DNA from: a virus
Taxonomy: Duplodnaviria; Caudoviricetes
Length of the DNA: 64,000 nucleotides
Strand: one strand, 5' to 3'
Virus record (IMG/VR): IMGVR_UViG_3300025129_000005
Shown here: in pieces, positions 1-9,194 of the stretch
Position numbering within the stretch: the first letter of the stretch is position 1
Layout of the letters: every line of letters begins with the position of its first letter
Program-made: the position numbers and the translations under genes
Notes under the pieces: model-generated
Told to the model about the DNA's origin: nothing
Databases searched by the model: none
Seen by the model: the letters and a program-made list of their open reading frames with translations, nothing else

Positions 1-17
1 TTTTGTCTTACTTATTA

Positions 18-233
18 TTAGACTAAATCTCTCAACTGTTTTTCTAATTTTCTCATTTCTGTTTCTATTTTCATTATCTTCTTCTTTAATTCTTTATCAG
101 TCACCCTAACAGAAACATATCTAAAATATTCATCAAACTCATTCCATTTAATTAATGCACTTTCTATTTGATGATAATCATTTATGTCTTTTTCACCAAT
201 ATATTTCTCTGTGATATAATTTATATTATTCAT
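18..233 (-). CDS. Hypothetical protein with capsid-targeting-like leader
   Basis: ORF in late cassette behind TATAAATA (850-857); N-terminus MNNINYITEKYIGE. Confidence 0.6.
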   Translation of the reverse strand: MNNINYITEKYIGEKDINDYHQIESALIKWNEFDEYFRYVSVRVTDKELKKKIMKIETEMRKLEKQLRDLV

Positions 234-244
234 TTATAATCCTC

Positions 245-556
245 CTATGATATGTAAGCATTAAGTTCGTAAGTATTTCTGTCCGTATCTCTGTTATAAA
301 CCTGAAAATGAAGAGCTTTTCGTTGCTTTTTACCACCTTTGTATAGCGGAATGCTCAATTTAACAGTTTTACCTTTTGAAGGTTTCTTTGGTCCTGTTCC
401 TATAATATCAAATGTCTCAGAATCATCAGTCTCATATCCCATTCTTTTTGCCAAAGCAAGAGCCTCGTCAGCAGCAGAGGTATACGTGTCATGATACAAT
501 TCATAATCACTTTTGGCTTCATTAATATACTTTGTTATTTTGCTTACAATATCCAT
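245..556 (-). CDS. Hypothetical protein, putative internal head protein
   Basis: RBS (GGAG); leader MDIVSKITKYINE|A resembles I/L-x-E prohead protease site. Confidence 0.65.
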   Translation of the reverse strand: MDIVSKITKYINEAKSDYELYHDTYTSAADEALALAKRMGYETDDSETFDIIGTGPKKPSKGKTVKLSIPLYKGGKKQRKALHFQVYNRDTDRNTYELNAYIS

Positions 557-568
557 TTATTTTCTCCT

Positions 569-823
569 TTATATCATCACATAAACATATTTATTGTCAC
601 TATATTTTTCCAATGATATATCACGAGTATATCTATGACCTCTTTTATCCTCAAGGGTAATGCTATCAGAATCGGGTAAAAGGTTCTTGTCAATTAAAAT
701 GGTTTGATTTGATTGTCTCACCCCTTTTACTTTCTTTGTTCTGGATATATGACCCAATACATCGAAAACTTCTGTAGTGGATTCACATAGGTATTGCTCC
801 ACGATAGAATCAATGTTTTTCAT
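569..823 (-). CDS. Hypothetical protein with capsid-targeting-like leader
   Basis: AGGAGG RBS; MKNIDSIVEQYLCE|S; first gene after late promoter. Confidence 0.6.
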   Translation of the reverse strand: MKNIDSIVEQYLCESTTEVFDVLGHISRTKKVKGVRQSNQTILIDKNLLPDSDSITLEDKRGHRYTRDISLEKYSDNKYVYVMI

Positions 824-849
824 GTGATATTCCTCCTTTTTGATATTTG

Positions 850-857
850 TATTTATA
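850..857 (-). promoter_or_regulatory. T4-type late promoter TATAAATA
   Basis: Exact TATAAATA on minus strand 27 nt upstream of ORF start 823; same motif recurs upstream of many structural-type genes. Confidence 0.7.
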
Positions 858-863
858 ATTTTC

Positions 864-892
864 TTGACATACCACGAAGATTGACCTATACT
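864..892 (+). promoter_or_regulatory. sigma70-like early promoter
   Basis: TTGACA-N17-TATACT upstream of the 923-10681 plus-strand cluster. Confidence 0.75.
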
Positions 893-922
893 ATATTTAT
901 CGTTGGCATTTAGCGGAGAGGA

Positions 923-1201
923 TTGATTATGAAAGAAGTCACAAAAACCAAATTGAATGATTGGTCACATGGTTGGTTGTCGGTAAAACGTAAAGAACTT
1001 GATGAACTTGGTATTGCTGATGACATTACCCCCTACTCGTATCAACGTGGTCAATCTGTCTATCTCGAAGAAGATTATGATATGATTACCTACCTTCGGG
1101 CACAGGAAAGACGTGGTGTCAATGTCAACATTAAATATGGTAAAAGGTGTTATAAGAATTCCCCTGTCCGTTCCTATAAAAGCTATACAACAAGGGTATA
1201 A
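923..1201 (+). CDS. Hypothetical protein
   Basis: First ORF after early promoter, GGAG RBS; HGWL..V and YLEEDxD motifs. Confidence 0.65.
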   Translation: MIMKEVTKTKLNDWSHGWLSVKRKELDELGIADDITPYSYQRGQSVYLEEDYDMITYLRAQERRGVNVNIKYGKRCYKNSPVRSYKSYTTRV

Positions 1202-1203
1202 GT

Positions 1204-2226
1204 ATGAGAAAATTATCAAGTATTCAGAAAATTATGAACATTCAACCAATTGAAGGTGCTGATCGAATTGAAGTCGCAACTGTCAATGGTTGGAAAGTTG
1301 TTGTCGGGAAAGGTGATTTTAATGTAGGCGATTTGTGCGTCTATTTTGAAATTGATTCTATTCTCCCATTAGACAAATTCCCTGAATTAGAAAATTCCAA
1401 AGGGCGCATCAAAACTATTCGTCTTCGTGGTCAACTCTCACAGGGGTATTGCATTACTTTCGATAGATTTAAGAAAATTCTTGATGATGGTGATTTTTGG
1501 GATAAAATGGATGAAGATATCTCCATTGTTAACTGGAAAGTAGGGGATGATGTAACTAATTTCCTTGGTGTCGAAAAATACGAACCTCCTATTCTGTTCA
1601 AAAATGGTGATGCAAAGGGGGTCTTCCCTTCTTATATCCTCCCTAAGTCCGATGAAGATCGTATTCAATCCAACATGGATTACCTTGACAAGTTTAAAGG
1701 TCTTCCTTGGGTGGCAACCGTCAAATATGATGGTACTTCCGCGACTTTTGGATATGACAACGATGAGTTCTTTACATGTTCACGTAATCTTAAAATCCAT
1801 GATGGTGATAACGTTTATTGGAATATTGCCCGTAAATACAAACTTCACGAAATCCCCCCTTATCTTGTTGTTCAGGGTGAAGTTGTAGGACCTGGAATCC
1901 AAAATAACCGTCTCGGACTCAAAGATATAGAATTCCATATTTTTCGTGTTTATGACCAACTCAAAAAGAGGTATTTGTTTTATGATGAAAGAATTAAATT
2001 ATGCAAATCTTATGGTATTCCACATGTCGCATTAGACTCTCGCGGTGATCATTTTGATATGACACTCGAAAAAGTACTTGACATTGCAGAAGGAAAATAT
2101 AATAATACCAAGAATGAAAGGGAAGGACTCGTATTTGAAGTGGATGGTTTGGTGAACACTGAATTTGGTGGACACTTGAGTTTTAAAGTAATAAGTAACA
2201 AATTCTTACTTAAAGGCGGGGATTAA
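1204..2226 (+). CDS. ATP-dependent RNA ligase, DRB0094/Rnl2-like family
   Basis: N-terminal IEGADRIEVATVNGWKVVV module; motif I KYDGTS, EVVG, FRVYD, motif IV EGLV, motif V FKVIS. Confidence 0.9.
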   Translation: MRKLSSIQKIMNIQPIEGADRIEVATVNGWKVVVGKGDFNVGDLCVYFEIDSILPLDKFPELENSKGRIKTIRLRGQLSQGYCITFDRFKKILDDGDFWDKMDEDISIVNWKVGDDVTNFLGVEKYEPPILFKNGDAKGVFPSYILPKSDEDRIQSNMDYLDKFKGLPWVATVKYDGTSATFGYDNDEFFTCSRNLKIHDGDNVYWNIARKYKLHEIPPYLVVQGEVVGPGIQNNRLGLKDIEFHIFRVYDQLKKRYLFYDERIKLCKSYGIPHVALDSRGDHFDMTLEKVLDIAEGKYNNTKNEREGLVFEVDGLVNTEFGGHLSFKVISNKFLLKGGD

Positions 2227-2228
2227 TC

Positions 2229-2621
2229 ATGGGAAATCGTGCGGTTATTTGTCACAGTGAAGAACCCGATTCAGTAGGTATTTATCTTCATTGGAATGGT
2301 GGTCTTGAATCAGTTCTCGCATTCCTTGATGTAGCAAAGGATCGTGGATATCGCCTTCCCGCATCAGATGAACAATATAGCATGGCTCGTCTTTGTGGAT
2401 TGATTTGTGAATACTTTGAAGGTTCTACTTCCGTTGGTATTGGCTGTCTCAATCAACTTGACACGGACAATTACGACAATGGCACATATCTTATTGGGGG
2501 CAATTGGGAAATCATCAAACGGTTTGGTGATGGTTCCGAACCAGATAAGTTGAGCTATAGTGACCTGAACCATAATCAGACTGCATTATATCATAAGATC
2601 AAAGGGGAATTATCCAAATGA
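2229..2621 (+). CDS. Hypothetical protein
   Basis: Coupled ORF; YLHWNGG...YDNGTY motifs. Confidence 0.65.
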   Translation: MGNRAVICHSEEPDSVGIYLHWNGGLESVLAFLDVAKDRGYRLPASDEQYSMARLCGLICEYFEGSTSVGIGCLNQLDTDNYDNGTYLIGGNWEIIKRFGDGSEPDKLSYSDLNHNQTALYHKIKGELSK

Positions 2622-2854
2622 AAGTATATGAATTGATGGATATCCTGAAAGACCATGACCCCGAAATGAGGGTTGTGGTCAGGGGATATGAAGCAGGATA
2701 TGATGATGTTGACAGAGTTGTCAAACTTAATGTCTGTCTCAATGTCCACAAGGAATGGTACCACGGTAAACATGATATACTTGATAGTGCTGATGAGGCA
2801 GAAGAATATCAACAAGAGGAAGTTTTGTATCTAAGGGGAGACGGAAATGAGTGA
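2618..2854 (+). CDS. Hypothetical protein
   Basis: ATGA overlap with upstream gene. Confidence 0.6.
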   Translation: MKVYELMDILKDHDPEMRVVVRGYEAGYDDVDRVVKLNVCLNVHKEWYHGKHDILDSADEAEEYQQEEVLYLRGDGNE

Positions 2855-3065
2855 TGATTCTTGGTATAAACCATCAGAAAAACTGCCAGAATATACAACA
2901 CATGCTACGGGTAATCGTTTTTGTGTAATTATTGCAAGCTTTGGGGGGATGGTGACAGAGACACTGTATGAAGAGGGTGAATGGAAACCCATGCATATTG
3001 ACGGTGTAAATGTATCACCTGATTGGTGGAGATATATGCCGGTTCCCCCTGTAACAGACAAATAA
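2847..3065 (+). CDS. Hypothetical protein (DUF551-like)
   Basis: W..PSEKLPE...WWRYMPVPP pattern. Confidence 0.5.
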   Translation: MSDDSWYKPSEKLPEYTTHATGNRFCVIIASFGGMVTETLYEEGEWKPMHIDGVNVSPDWWRYMPVPPVTDK

Positions 3066-3078
3066 AAGAGATCATAAA

Positions 3079-3414
3079 ATGTCAGAATATACACCAGACA
3101 AATGGTTAATTGTAACAATAAGCGGTTATGATCCTCATTATAGAGTTTTTGCAACGTGGTCTGGTGGATATCTTGATGGTGACTCATGGAAGATGAATTC
3201 TGGTATCACATCAGTCACAGAAGACGATTATTATTACTACTTCAAGGGATCTTCTGGTTCTGTATATAATTGCCGTAAGACCTCTTATGGATCAAATGGT
3301 TACGGTTTGAGTGTTATTAATAACTTCATTAAACAAAGCGAAAAAGACGGGGTTTTTATCATTGAAATCATGGGTGAAGATTTTGATGTCATGAACACTG
3401 ATTGGATTATTTGA
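3079..3414 (+). CDS. Conserved phage hypothetical protein
   Basis: YTPDKW...WSGGYLDGDSWKMNSGI...GSSGSVY motifs. Confidence 0.7.
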   Translation: MSEYTPDKWLIVTISGYDPHYRVFATWSGGYLDGDSWKMNSGITSVTEDDYYYYFKGSSGSVYNCRKTSYGSNGYGLSVINNFIKQSEKDGVFIIEIMGEDFDVMNTDWII

Positions 3415-3716
3415 TGATAAAAGTAGGTCAAAACGTTAGAATAATCAATTATGGTGGAATGTATAGTTCCTATAACGATATGGCGAAACACATGGGTTTG
3501 CTGTATTTCAAGACACATGAACTGGTAACATTTGATTTTTCTCAAATCATGACCGTTATATATGTATCTCCGCATTTGAAATTCCCCGACAGTGCCACTT
3601 TAGTAGGAATAAGAGGAAAAGATATTAATGGAAATTTTCGTGACTATATCTATCACATAGATAGTCTTGAGGCTGTATCAGAAGATATTTTATCAGAAGA
3701 TTTATTTCGGATTTAG
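3402..3716 (+). CDS. Hypothetical protein
   Basis: In-operon ORF; likely start a few codons in (MIKVGQ). Confidence 0.55.
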   Translation: MDYLMIKVGQNVRIINYGGMYSSYNDMAKHMGLLYFKTHELVTFDFSQIMTVIYVSPHLKFPDSATLVGIRGKDINGNFRDYIYHIDSLEAVSEDILSEDLFRI

Positions 3717-3724
3717 GAGATGAA

Positions 3725-4036
3725 ATGTTAGATTTTGAGACATTTAGAAATGCTTTGTTTACCATTAAACAAAATGTTATACGAGATAGACAATTACAGA
3801 ACCTTGTTGGGGATGGTGTCGGCACATATACAGTTGACTCTAATGATTGTATCGTTGAGCTATTAGAACACCATTTTAACGGCGACAAAGACAAGTGGAT
3901 TGAGTGGTGGGCATGGGAATGTGATTTTGGTACAAAAGATTGTTATTACATAGAAAAAGACTCCAAGGAAAGGTATGATATTTCTGACCCAAGGGATTTC
4001 TATAATTTTATTGTTGAAATTTATGAGATGACGTGA
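3725..4036 (+). CDS. Hypothetical protein, paralog of 6283-6594
   Basis: Shares MxDFxTF...LVGxGxGTY...WxxWWxWECxxGT...EKDS...SDxRxFYxF with 6283-6594. Confidence 0.7.
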   Translation: MLDFETFRNALFTIKQNVIRDRQLQNLVGDGVGTYTVDSNDCIVELLEHHFNGDKDKWIEWWAWECDFGTKDCYYIEKDSKERYDISDPRDFYNFIVEIYEMT

Positions 4037-4110
4037 TATTATGTATTTGTTGGTGACGAAACCCCCTTAAGAAAGGAAAAATATGGTCGCCAAGAATTTC
4101 GAAAAAAATT

Positions 4111-4467
4111 ATGGAAGAAGCTAACATGGCCGCAGAAGCTGCAGGTGATAAATGGGTAGTGGAACACACTGAACCAGTATATGCTGTCTATAATGCTGAT
4201 GTTATTACTGGTAAAGCATATGGCAAAAGCCTTGGTACCATGTTAGATGTTTGTGGCATTGCGTATGTCCAGATTACCGATAAACGTACAGGGTTCGCCA
4301 AATATATCAAAAAGATTCAAAATGGTTATAATAATGCCGTTCATTTAAACAGCAAATATTCCGGGCGTCAAGAATGGGGTCTTCGTGAGGCATGTTCATA
4401 TGCCGCTCTTAACGTTCTCGACAGTCACGGTATTAAGGGTGTTTCTGTCTGGTCTCATATTGACTGA
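4111..4467 (+). CDS. Hypothetical protein
   Basis: Open frame with phage-like composition; start uncertain. Confidence 0.6.
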   Translation: MEEANMAAEAAGDKWVVEHTEPVYAVYNADVITGKAYGKSLGTMLDVCGIAYVQITDKRTGFAKYIKKIQNGYNNAVHLNSKYSGRQEWGLREACSYAALNVLDSHGIKGVSVWSHID

Positions 4468-4479
4468 AATATTAACCTA

Positions 4480-4956
4480 GTGAGGAGTAAAATGGATTAC
4501 GAATTAATATATGAAAAAAAGAAAAAACGAGACTTGGCATTAAAAGAAAAATATCCCAAAATTCTAAAAAATCTTGGTGGTAATGCAAGAGAAACTTGTA
4601 TGTCATGGGTTCATGATGGTATTTCTGTAAATGATGGATGGTTACCTTTGCTCGATAAATTAATGCATTGCCTTCAATTTCACCATGATAAAAATGGGTA
4701 TCCACAAGTCGTTGCTGACCAGATCAAAGAAAAATTCGGAACACTACGTTTTTACTATCATACAGAAGAAAATGATACTAATCATCCCTATAAAGGGGAA
4801 ACAAGAAGTTCTGATTACCTAAGTGGTATTATTAGTTTTGCAGAATCTATGTCTTCTATGATTTGTGAGAATTGTGGTGACCACGGAGAAATAACCAGAA
4901 ACGGATGGATTAAAGTTCGTTGTAAAAATTGTACAGATAACAAAGAAAAGGAGTAA
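4480..4956 (+). CDS. Conserved phage hypothetical protein with C-terminal Zn finger
   Basis: GWLPLL, QIKEKFGTLRFYY and CENCG...RCKNC motifs. Confidence 0.7.
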   Translation: MRSKMDYELIYEKKKKRDLALKEKYPKILKNLGGNARETCMSWVHDGISVNDGWLPLLDKLMHCLQFHHDKNGYPQVVADQIKEKFGTLRFYYHTEENDTNHPYKGETRSSDYLSGIISFAESMSSMICENCGDHGEITRNGWIKVRCKNCTDNKEKE

Positions 4957-5118
4957 TTTATACCACTATTTGAAGTATCAACCCGTCACAAGCATATGGT
5001 CGAAGCTAAATCACTTGAGAATTCTCACTGGATGGGTGAAGGACTCATTCATGAAGCATTGACATTCTTGAATCAAACGAGTAAACTACAATAAACTCTT
5101 AACAAGAAAGGAAAAGAC

Positions 5119-5562
5119 ATGCATTTCAAATACTCCGAACTTAAAAAATTGCGCCTCGAATACGATTTATCCGCAGAAGAACTACGTGAATTTGTTGAAC
5201 ATGTTATGGTATGTGATGATGATTTTGTAATTGGTCGCTATCGCTATATTAATGGAGATGAGATCGACAAAATCATGCAAGATGAGCTATCCAGTGATGA
5301 GTATATCCTTGGTTGCTTTAATGCATGGTTACTTGCTAGTGTTCTGGAAATTGACCAAGATGTGATTGAGGAAATGCAGAAGTGTGAGGCATATACCGCA
5401 ATTGGTAAACTGGTTCTGTCTTTGGGAAAACTGGAAAAACTACAGGAGTCATACGTTCAGGCTGATGGTTATGGTAACCACTTCGACCATTATAGCGGCT
5501 CGACTGACGAAATTCATTTCAGTGATGATATTCCTTCTTTCTACAGGTTCAGGAATGATTAA
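5119..5562 (+). CDS. Hypothetical acidic protein
   Basis: AAGGA RBS; ADGYGNHFDHYSG motif. Confidence 0.65.
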   Translation: MHFKYSELKKLRLEYDLSAEELREFVEHVMVCDDDFVIGRYRYINGDEIDKIMQDELSSDEYILGCFNAWLLASVLEIDQDVIEEMQKCEAYTAIGKLVLSLGKLEKLQESYVQADGYGNHFDHYSGSTDEIHFSDDIPSFYRFRND

Positions 5563-5770
5563 CGGTGTTACCATAGATTTCACCGAAGAAATGGTATTGA
5601 ACAATTCAAGTCTACCTAAAGGCATGAAAGATTTTAGATATTATCGCGCTGAAATATGGTCTGATAAAGATCAACATTATGCACATGAATTTGGTGGTCT
5701 ATGGTTACCAAAACATGTTGATATTTGTTTAATAGAAGACTTCATAAATGAGAGGATCAAAGAGTCATGA
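5555..5770 (+). CDS. Hypothetical protein
   Basis: Start reassigned from 5366 to ATG 5555, overlapping the upstream stop. Confidence 0.5.
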   Translation: MINGVTIDFTEEMVLNNSSLPKGMKDFRYYRAEIWSDKDQHYAHEFGGLWLPKHVDICLIEDFINERIKES

Positions 5771-6027
5771 ATTATGTCGTCACAATGTATCGTTGGGGTT
5801 GTAGGGAAAACCATAGTTATGTGGTAGGTGTTTATCACAACGAACAAGATGCCATCAATGCCGGTGAATTGGAAGCATGTGGTCGTGGTGGAAAGTATGA
5901 ATATGAAGTATTAGGTTTCGACGAAAACAATAACAAAACATATTCTCATAGTGAAGTTGATATAAACAAATTGACATTAGATGAATGGAAGCGGGATATA
6001 CAAAACGTCCAATTGGTTGAAAAATAA
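5767..6027 (+). CDS. Hypothetical protein
   Basis: ATGA overlap; YRWG..ENHSYVVGVY...RGGKY motif. Confidence 0.6.
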   Translation: MNYVVTMYRWGCRENHSYVVGVYHNEQDAINAGELEACGRGGKYEYEVLGFDENNNKTYSHSEVDINKLTLDEWKRDIQNVQLVEK

Positions 6028-6047
6028 TTATAAGAAAGGATTTTTAA

Positions 6048-6290
6048 ATGAAAGCGTTGTTTACGAAAGTTAATATGTTCCGTGAGGGTGATAATCCTAT
6101 TTTTGGTCACTCAGTCACAAACATAAGCATCGACGATGAGGGTGCTGGAATGTTTATATCCTTGAAGCAATTTCCTGATACAGGTGATCAAGAATTACGT
6201 TTTGATCTGGATGAAATTGATGACCTTATCAAAAATATTCAATATATGAAGGAATTAATTAAACAGTATGGAGGAGAAGATAATGATTGA
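6048..6290 (+). CDS. Hypothetical protein
   Basis: AAGGA RBS, in-operon. Confidence 0.55.
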   Translation: MKALFTKVNMFREGDNPIFGHSVTNISIDDEGAGMFISLKQFPDTGDQELRFDLDEIDDLIKNIQYMKELIKQYGGEDND

Positions 6291-6594
6291 TTTTGATACA
6301 TTCAAAAAAACAATAAAAATAATCAAAGATTATGACGAGAAAGACCAAAAACTTCATGATTTGGTTGGTGAAGGAATAGGTACATATTCATGTAATATCA
6401 TTAGTGTTGTTATTGAACTGTTATCAAAACACTTAGATAATGATGACTGTTGGCTTAGTTGGTGGATATGGGAGTGTAACTACGGTACCGAACACTGTTT
6501 ATACAACGAGAAAGATTCGGATGAGGATATTGACTTGTCTGATATCAGGGTTTTCTATGACTTTTTGGTGAGTCTAAAGAAAAAGGATAATTGA
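6283..6594 (+). CDS. Hypothetical protein, paralog of 3725-4036
   Basis: GGAG RBS before MIDFDTF; clear similarity to 3725-4036. Confidence 0.7.
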   Translation: MIDFDTFKKTIKIIKDYDEKDQKLHDLVGEGIGTYSCNIISVVIELLSKHLDNDDCWLSWWIWECNYGTEHCLYNEKDSDEDIDLSDIRVFYDFLVSLKKKDN

Positions 6595-6597
6595 TAA

Positions 6598-6783
6598 ATG
6601 ACCGAACAAGAAAAACAAAGGATTAATAGTATGAGTCAGTTTGATATGGCTTATATGTGGAGATTTTCTGTAATTGGCGAACCTCTTCTTCAAGGTGATA
6701 CAGGTGATTATTTTTCCAAGGTATTCAAAGAAAAGGGTGGAATGACACCCGAAATATCCAAAAGATTAGGTTGGGGGAGATAA
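6598..6783 (+). CDS. Hypothetical protein
   Basis: WRFS..G...LQGDTGDYF...GGMTPEISKRLGW. Confidence 0.6.
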   Translation: MTEQEKQRINSMSQFDMAYMWRFSVIGEPLLQGDTGDYFSKVFKEKGGMTPEISKRLGWGR

Positions 6784-6809
6784 AAAAATATTCAGGAGAA
6801 CTATATTTA

Positions 6810-7382
6810 ATGAGCGAAAAAAATGAACGTGGACACGAAATGATGTATCCTATGATGCAAAGTACGCGCCATAACGGGCGTATATTGTATCTGGCAGGTG
6901 ACATAAACGAACACGTAGCGTCAGAAATAAATATCGAAATGATTAAACTTCAAAGAGAAGATCCGCTACAAGATATTACATTAATTGTGGATAGTTATGG
7001 TGGCGATTTATTCGCAGCATTCTCTATTGTTGATTGTATGGAAATGTTAACATGTGACATCAAAACCATTTGTATGGGAAAGGCAATGTCTGCTGGACAA
7101 TTTATTTTCTCAACGGGGGCAAAGGGAAAAAGATTTATGAGTAAACATGCCCGTTTGATGCTCCATAATCCTGTGGCTGGATATGAAGGATCTGTTCCTG
7201 ATATTGAAGTGGAAATTGAAGAATTACAGCGTTGTAGAGACCTATTCATCAAACATATTGGTGATAAATCAGGAAAAACTCCAGAAGAGATTAAAGATCT
7301 CATTAATAGAAACAAGTATTTAGATGCAAATGAAGCAATCGAACTCGGTTTTGCTGATGCTATTGTTAGTAGATTAAAGTGA
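6810..7382 (+). CDS. clpP: ClpP-family protease subunit
   Basis: SYGGD, GKAMSAG (catalytic Ser), MLHNP (His), EAIELGFAD; AGGAG RBS places start at 6810; triad Asp position is Asn. Confidence 0.9.
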   Translation: MSEKNERGHEMMYPMMQSTRHNGRILYLAGDINEHVASEINIEMIKLQREDPLQDITLIVDSYGGDLFAAFSIVDCMEMLTCDIKTICMGKAMSAGQFIFSTGAKGKRFMSKHARLMLHNPVAGYEGSVPDIEVEIEELQRCRDLFIKHIGDKSGKTPEEIKDLINRNKYLDANEAIELGFADAIVSRLK

Positions 7383-7436
7383 GAATGATGTTATGAGTAA
7401 ATACAGTGGAACGCATTTAAAAGGGTGGCATAAGTC

Positions 7437-8183
7437 ATGGTTTTAAATCACAGCAAAAACGAAAAACCAAACGGTCGTATCCTCGCCATTGGTGATGTGC
7501 ATGGTTGCGCTAAGACACTTGAAAGTCTTATTGACCAAGTTATGCCGATGCATGATGATGTTATGGTTTTCCTTGGTGACCTAGTTGATAGAGGGGATAA
7601 AGTATTCGAAACTATTGAGTTTTGTATTAAACTCAAAGAAATGTTTCCTGAGACTGTATTCCTCATGGGTAACCACGAAGAAATGTTCATTCATTACCTT
7701 AAGGGCAATGGGACCCCGGACAGTGACGGTATATTTCGATATAATGGTGGTAATGCCACAATCGATAGCTACTTAGAGAATCTTAGGATTTTGGATGAAA
7801 TTGATAATCCGTTATGTTGGGATGATCTTCCCCAGAGTCACAGGAATTTCTACGATAACCTGAAAATTTACCACGAGATTGATGAATATGTCTTTGTCCA
7901 TGCTGGTGTACGTCCCAAGGTACCATTAGCTGACCAGTTGGCATATGATATTATTTGGATTCGTGATGAGTTCTTGTACTTCTCTAGCCCTGTTATGCCG
8001 GGTCGTATCATCGTCCACGGTCATACCCCTATGGAAAGAGAAGAAATTAATAAATACAACGAAAAATATAACGATAAATATAACTTGGATAGTGCTTGTG
8101 TTTTCGGTCTCGATTTAACCTGCCGTGATCTGACCAATGGCATTGTCACAAGAGTAAAACGTCGTGACAGGAGAGTTGGATAA
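7437..8183 (+). CDS. Metallophosphoesterase, PPP Ser/Thr phosphatase family
   Basis: GDVHG, GDLVDRG, GNHE, VHAG and HGHTP motifs. Confidence 0.9.
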   Translation: MVLNHSKNEKPNGRILAIGDVHGCAKTLESLIDQVMPMHDDVMVFLGDLVDRGDKVFETIEFCIKLKEMFPETVFLMGNHEEMFIHYLKGNGTPDSDGIFRYNGGNATIDSYLENLRILDEIDNPLCWDDLPQSHRNFYDNLKIYHEIDEYVFVHAGVRPKVPLADQLAYDIIWIRDEFLYFSSPVMPGRIIVHGHTPMEREEINKYNEKYNDKYNLDSACVFGLDLTCRDLTNGIVTRVKRRDRRVG

Positions 8184-8497
8184 TGGAAGAATTTATTTTA
8201 TATTTAGAAGACAATACGGAACTTGTGGAGTCAGTATTTGTAGAGTATTATAACGAACAAGCTACAGTTGAGGGTGAGAATATGCAGGGGAATGAAATGT
8301 TTGGGGGTTCCGATAGTTATGACGAAGATCCTATAACCCTCTATGAAGATTTTGCTCACACAACAGGACACTCGGCGCATTACGCTGGTGCCGAAGGTGT
8401 AATACGTGAAATTGGGATTCAGGGTGGATTCGAGGTTGAAGTTGATGACGAAGAACTCCAATGGGAGATTTTAGTACTTCTCGATAGAGAGTTTTAA
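8183..8497 (+). CDS. Highly acidic hypothetical protein
   Basis: 28 Asp/Glu, 2 Arg and 0 Lys in 104 aa; TAATG coupling. Confidence 0.7.
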   Translation: MEEFILYLEDNTELVESVFVEYYNEQATVEGENMQGNEMFGGSDSYDEDPITLYEDFAHTTGHSAHYAGAEGVIREIGIQGGFEVEVDDEELQWEILVLLDREF

Positions 8498-8498
8498 T

Positions 8499-9059
8499 AT
8501 GGCAGTTGTGGTATATGATGACAATCAATACAGAAGATTGGTTGATCATGAGAACAGGATTCTTAGTCGATACATAGACCTTTTTGGTGAAGATCCGTTT
8601 GAAAAGGTCATACATGACGATGAGGGTATGGATGACAATGCTCTTTCTCGCCTTGGTCTTAATGTTACACCAACACCCGAATCACAATGGTATGGTGATA
8701 GTGTTGTTGGTACTGTCGGTACATCAAGAGAGAGTAATGTTGGTGTGTTGGGGGTGGAAGGTGATGCCATCATAACTGATATTACCAGTGTCAACAATAT
8801 AATGACCGATACTATAACCACCATTGGCATGGCAAACCTAACTCACACAACAAATACAGGTATATTTGATAATTTTAGTAATGCCTGTATAAATAATCTT
8901 AACGTCCAGAACTCGTTGAACTTCAACGGTCAAGATTTGATTGAACGTATTGATAGGATGGAGAGGCAATTAAATCAACAGGATGACGAGATTCTTAGAC
9001 TAAACGAAAAAGTAAGGAGATTAGAGGAAAACAATGGGCAAGACGGAGCACAGAGATAA
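8499..9059 (+). CDS. Hypothetical protein with C-terminal coiled coil
   Basis: LIERIDRMERQLNQQDDEILRLNEKVRRLEE heptads. Confidence 0.65.
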   Translation: MAVVVYDDNQYRRLVDHENRILSRYIDLFGEDPFEKVIHDDEGMDDNALSRLGLNVTPTPESQWYGDSVVGTVGTSRESNVGVLGVEGDAIITDITSVNNIMTDTITTIGMANLTHTTNTGIFDNFSNACINNLNVQNSLNFNGQDLIERIDRMERQLNQQDDEILRLNEKVRRLEENNGQDGAQR

Positions 9060-9183
9060 CTTTAAATTCGGCAAAGAGCCAAAGAAAAAGGAAAAGTACA
9101 AAATCAAGGATTATTACAAAGGCAAATCATCGAAAGACTTGGTGAATGAATCTGAAGAGTTAGAAGACGATTATAAGCATTAA
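9034..9183 (+). CDS. Small charged protein (49 aa, not in ORF track)
   Basis: MGKTEHRDNFKFGKEPKKKEKYKIKDYYKGKSSKDLVNESEELEDDYKH; GAGG upstream; fills the gap. Confidence 0.45.
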   Translation: MGKTEHRDNFKFGKEPKKKEKYKIKDYYKGKSSKDLVNESEELEDDYKH

Positions 9184-9194
9184 AAAGGATTATA

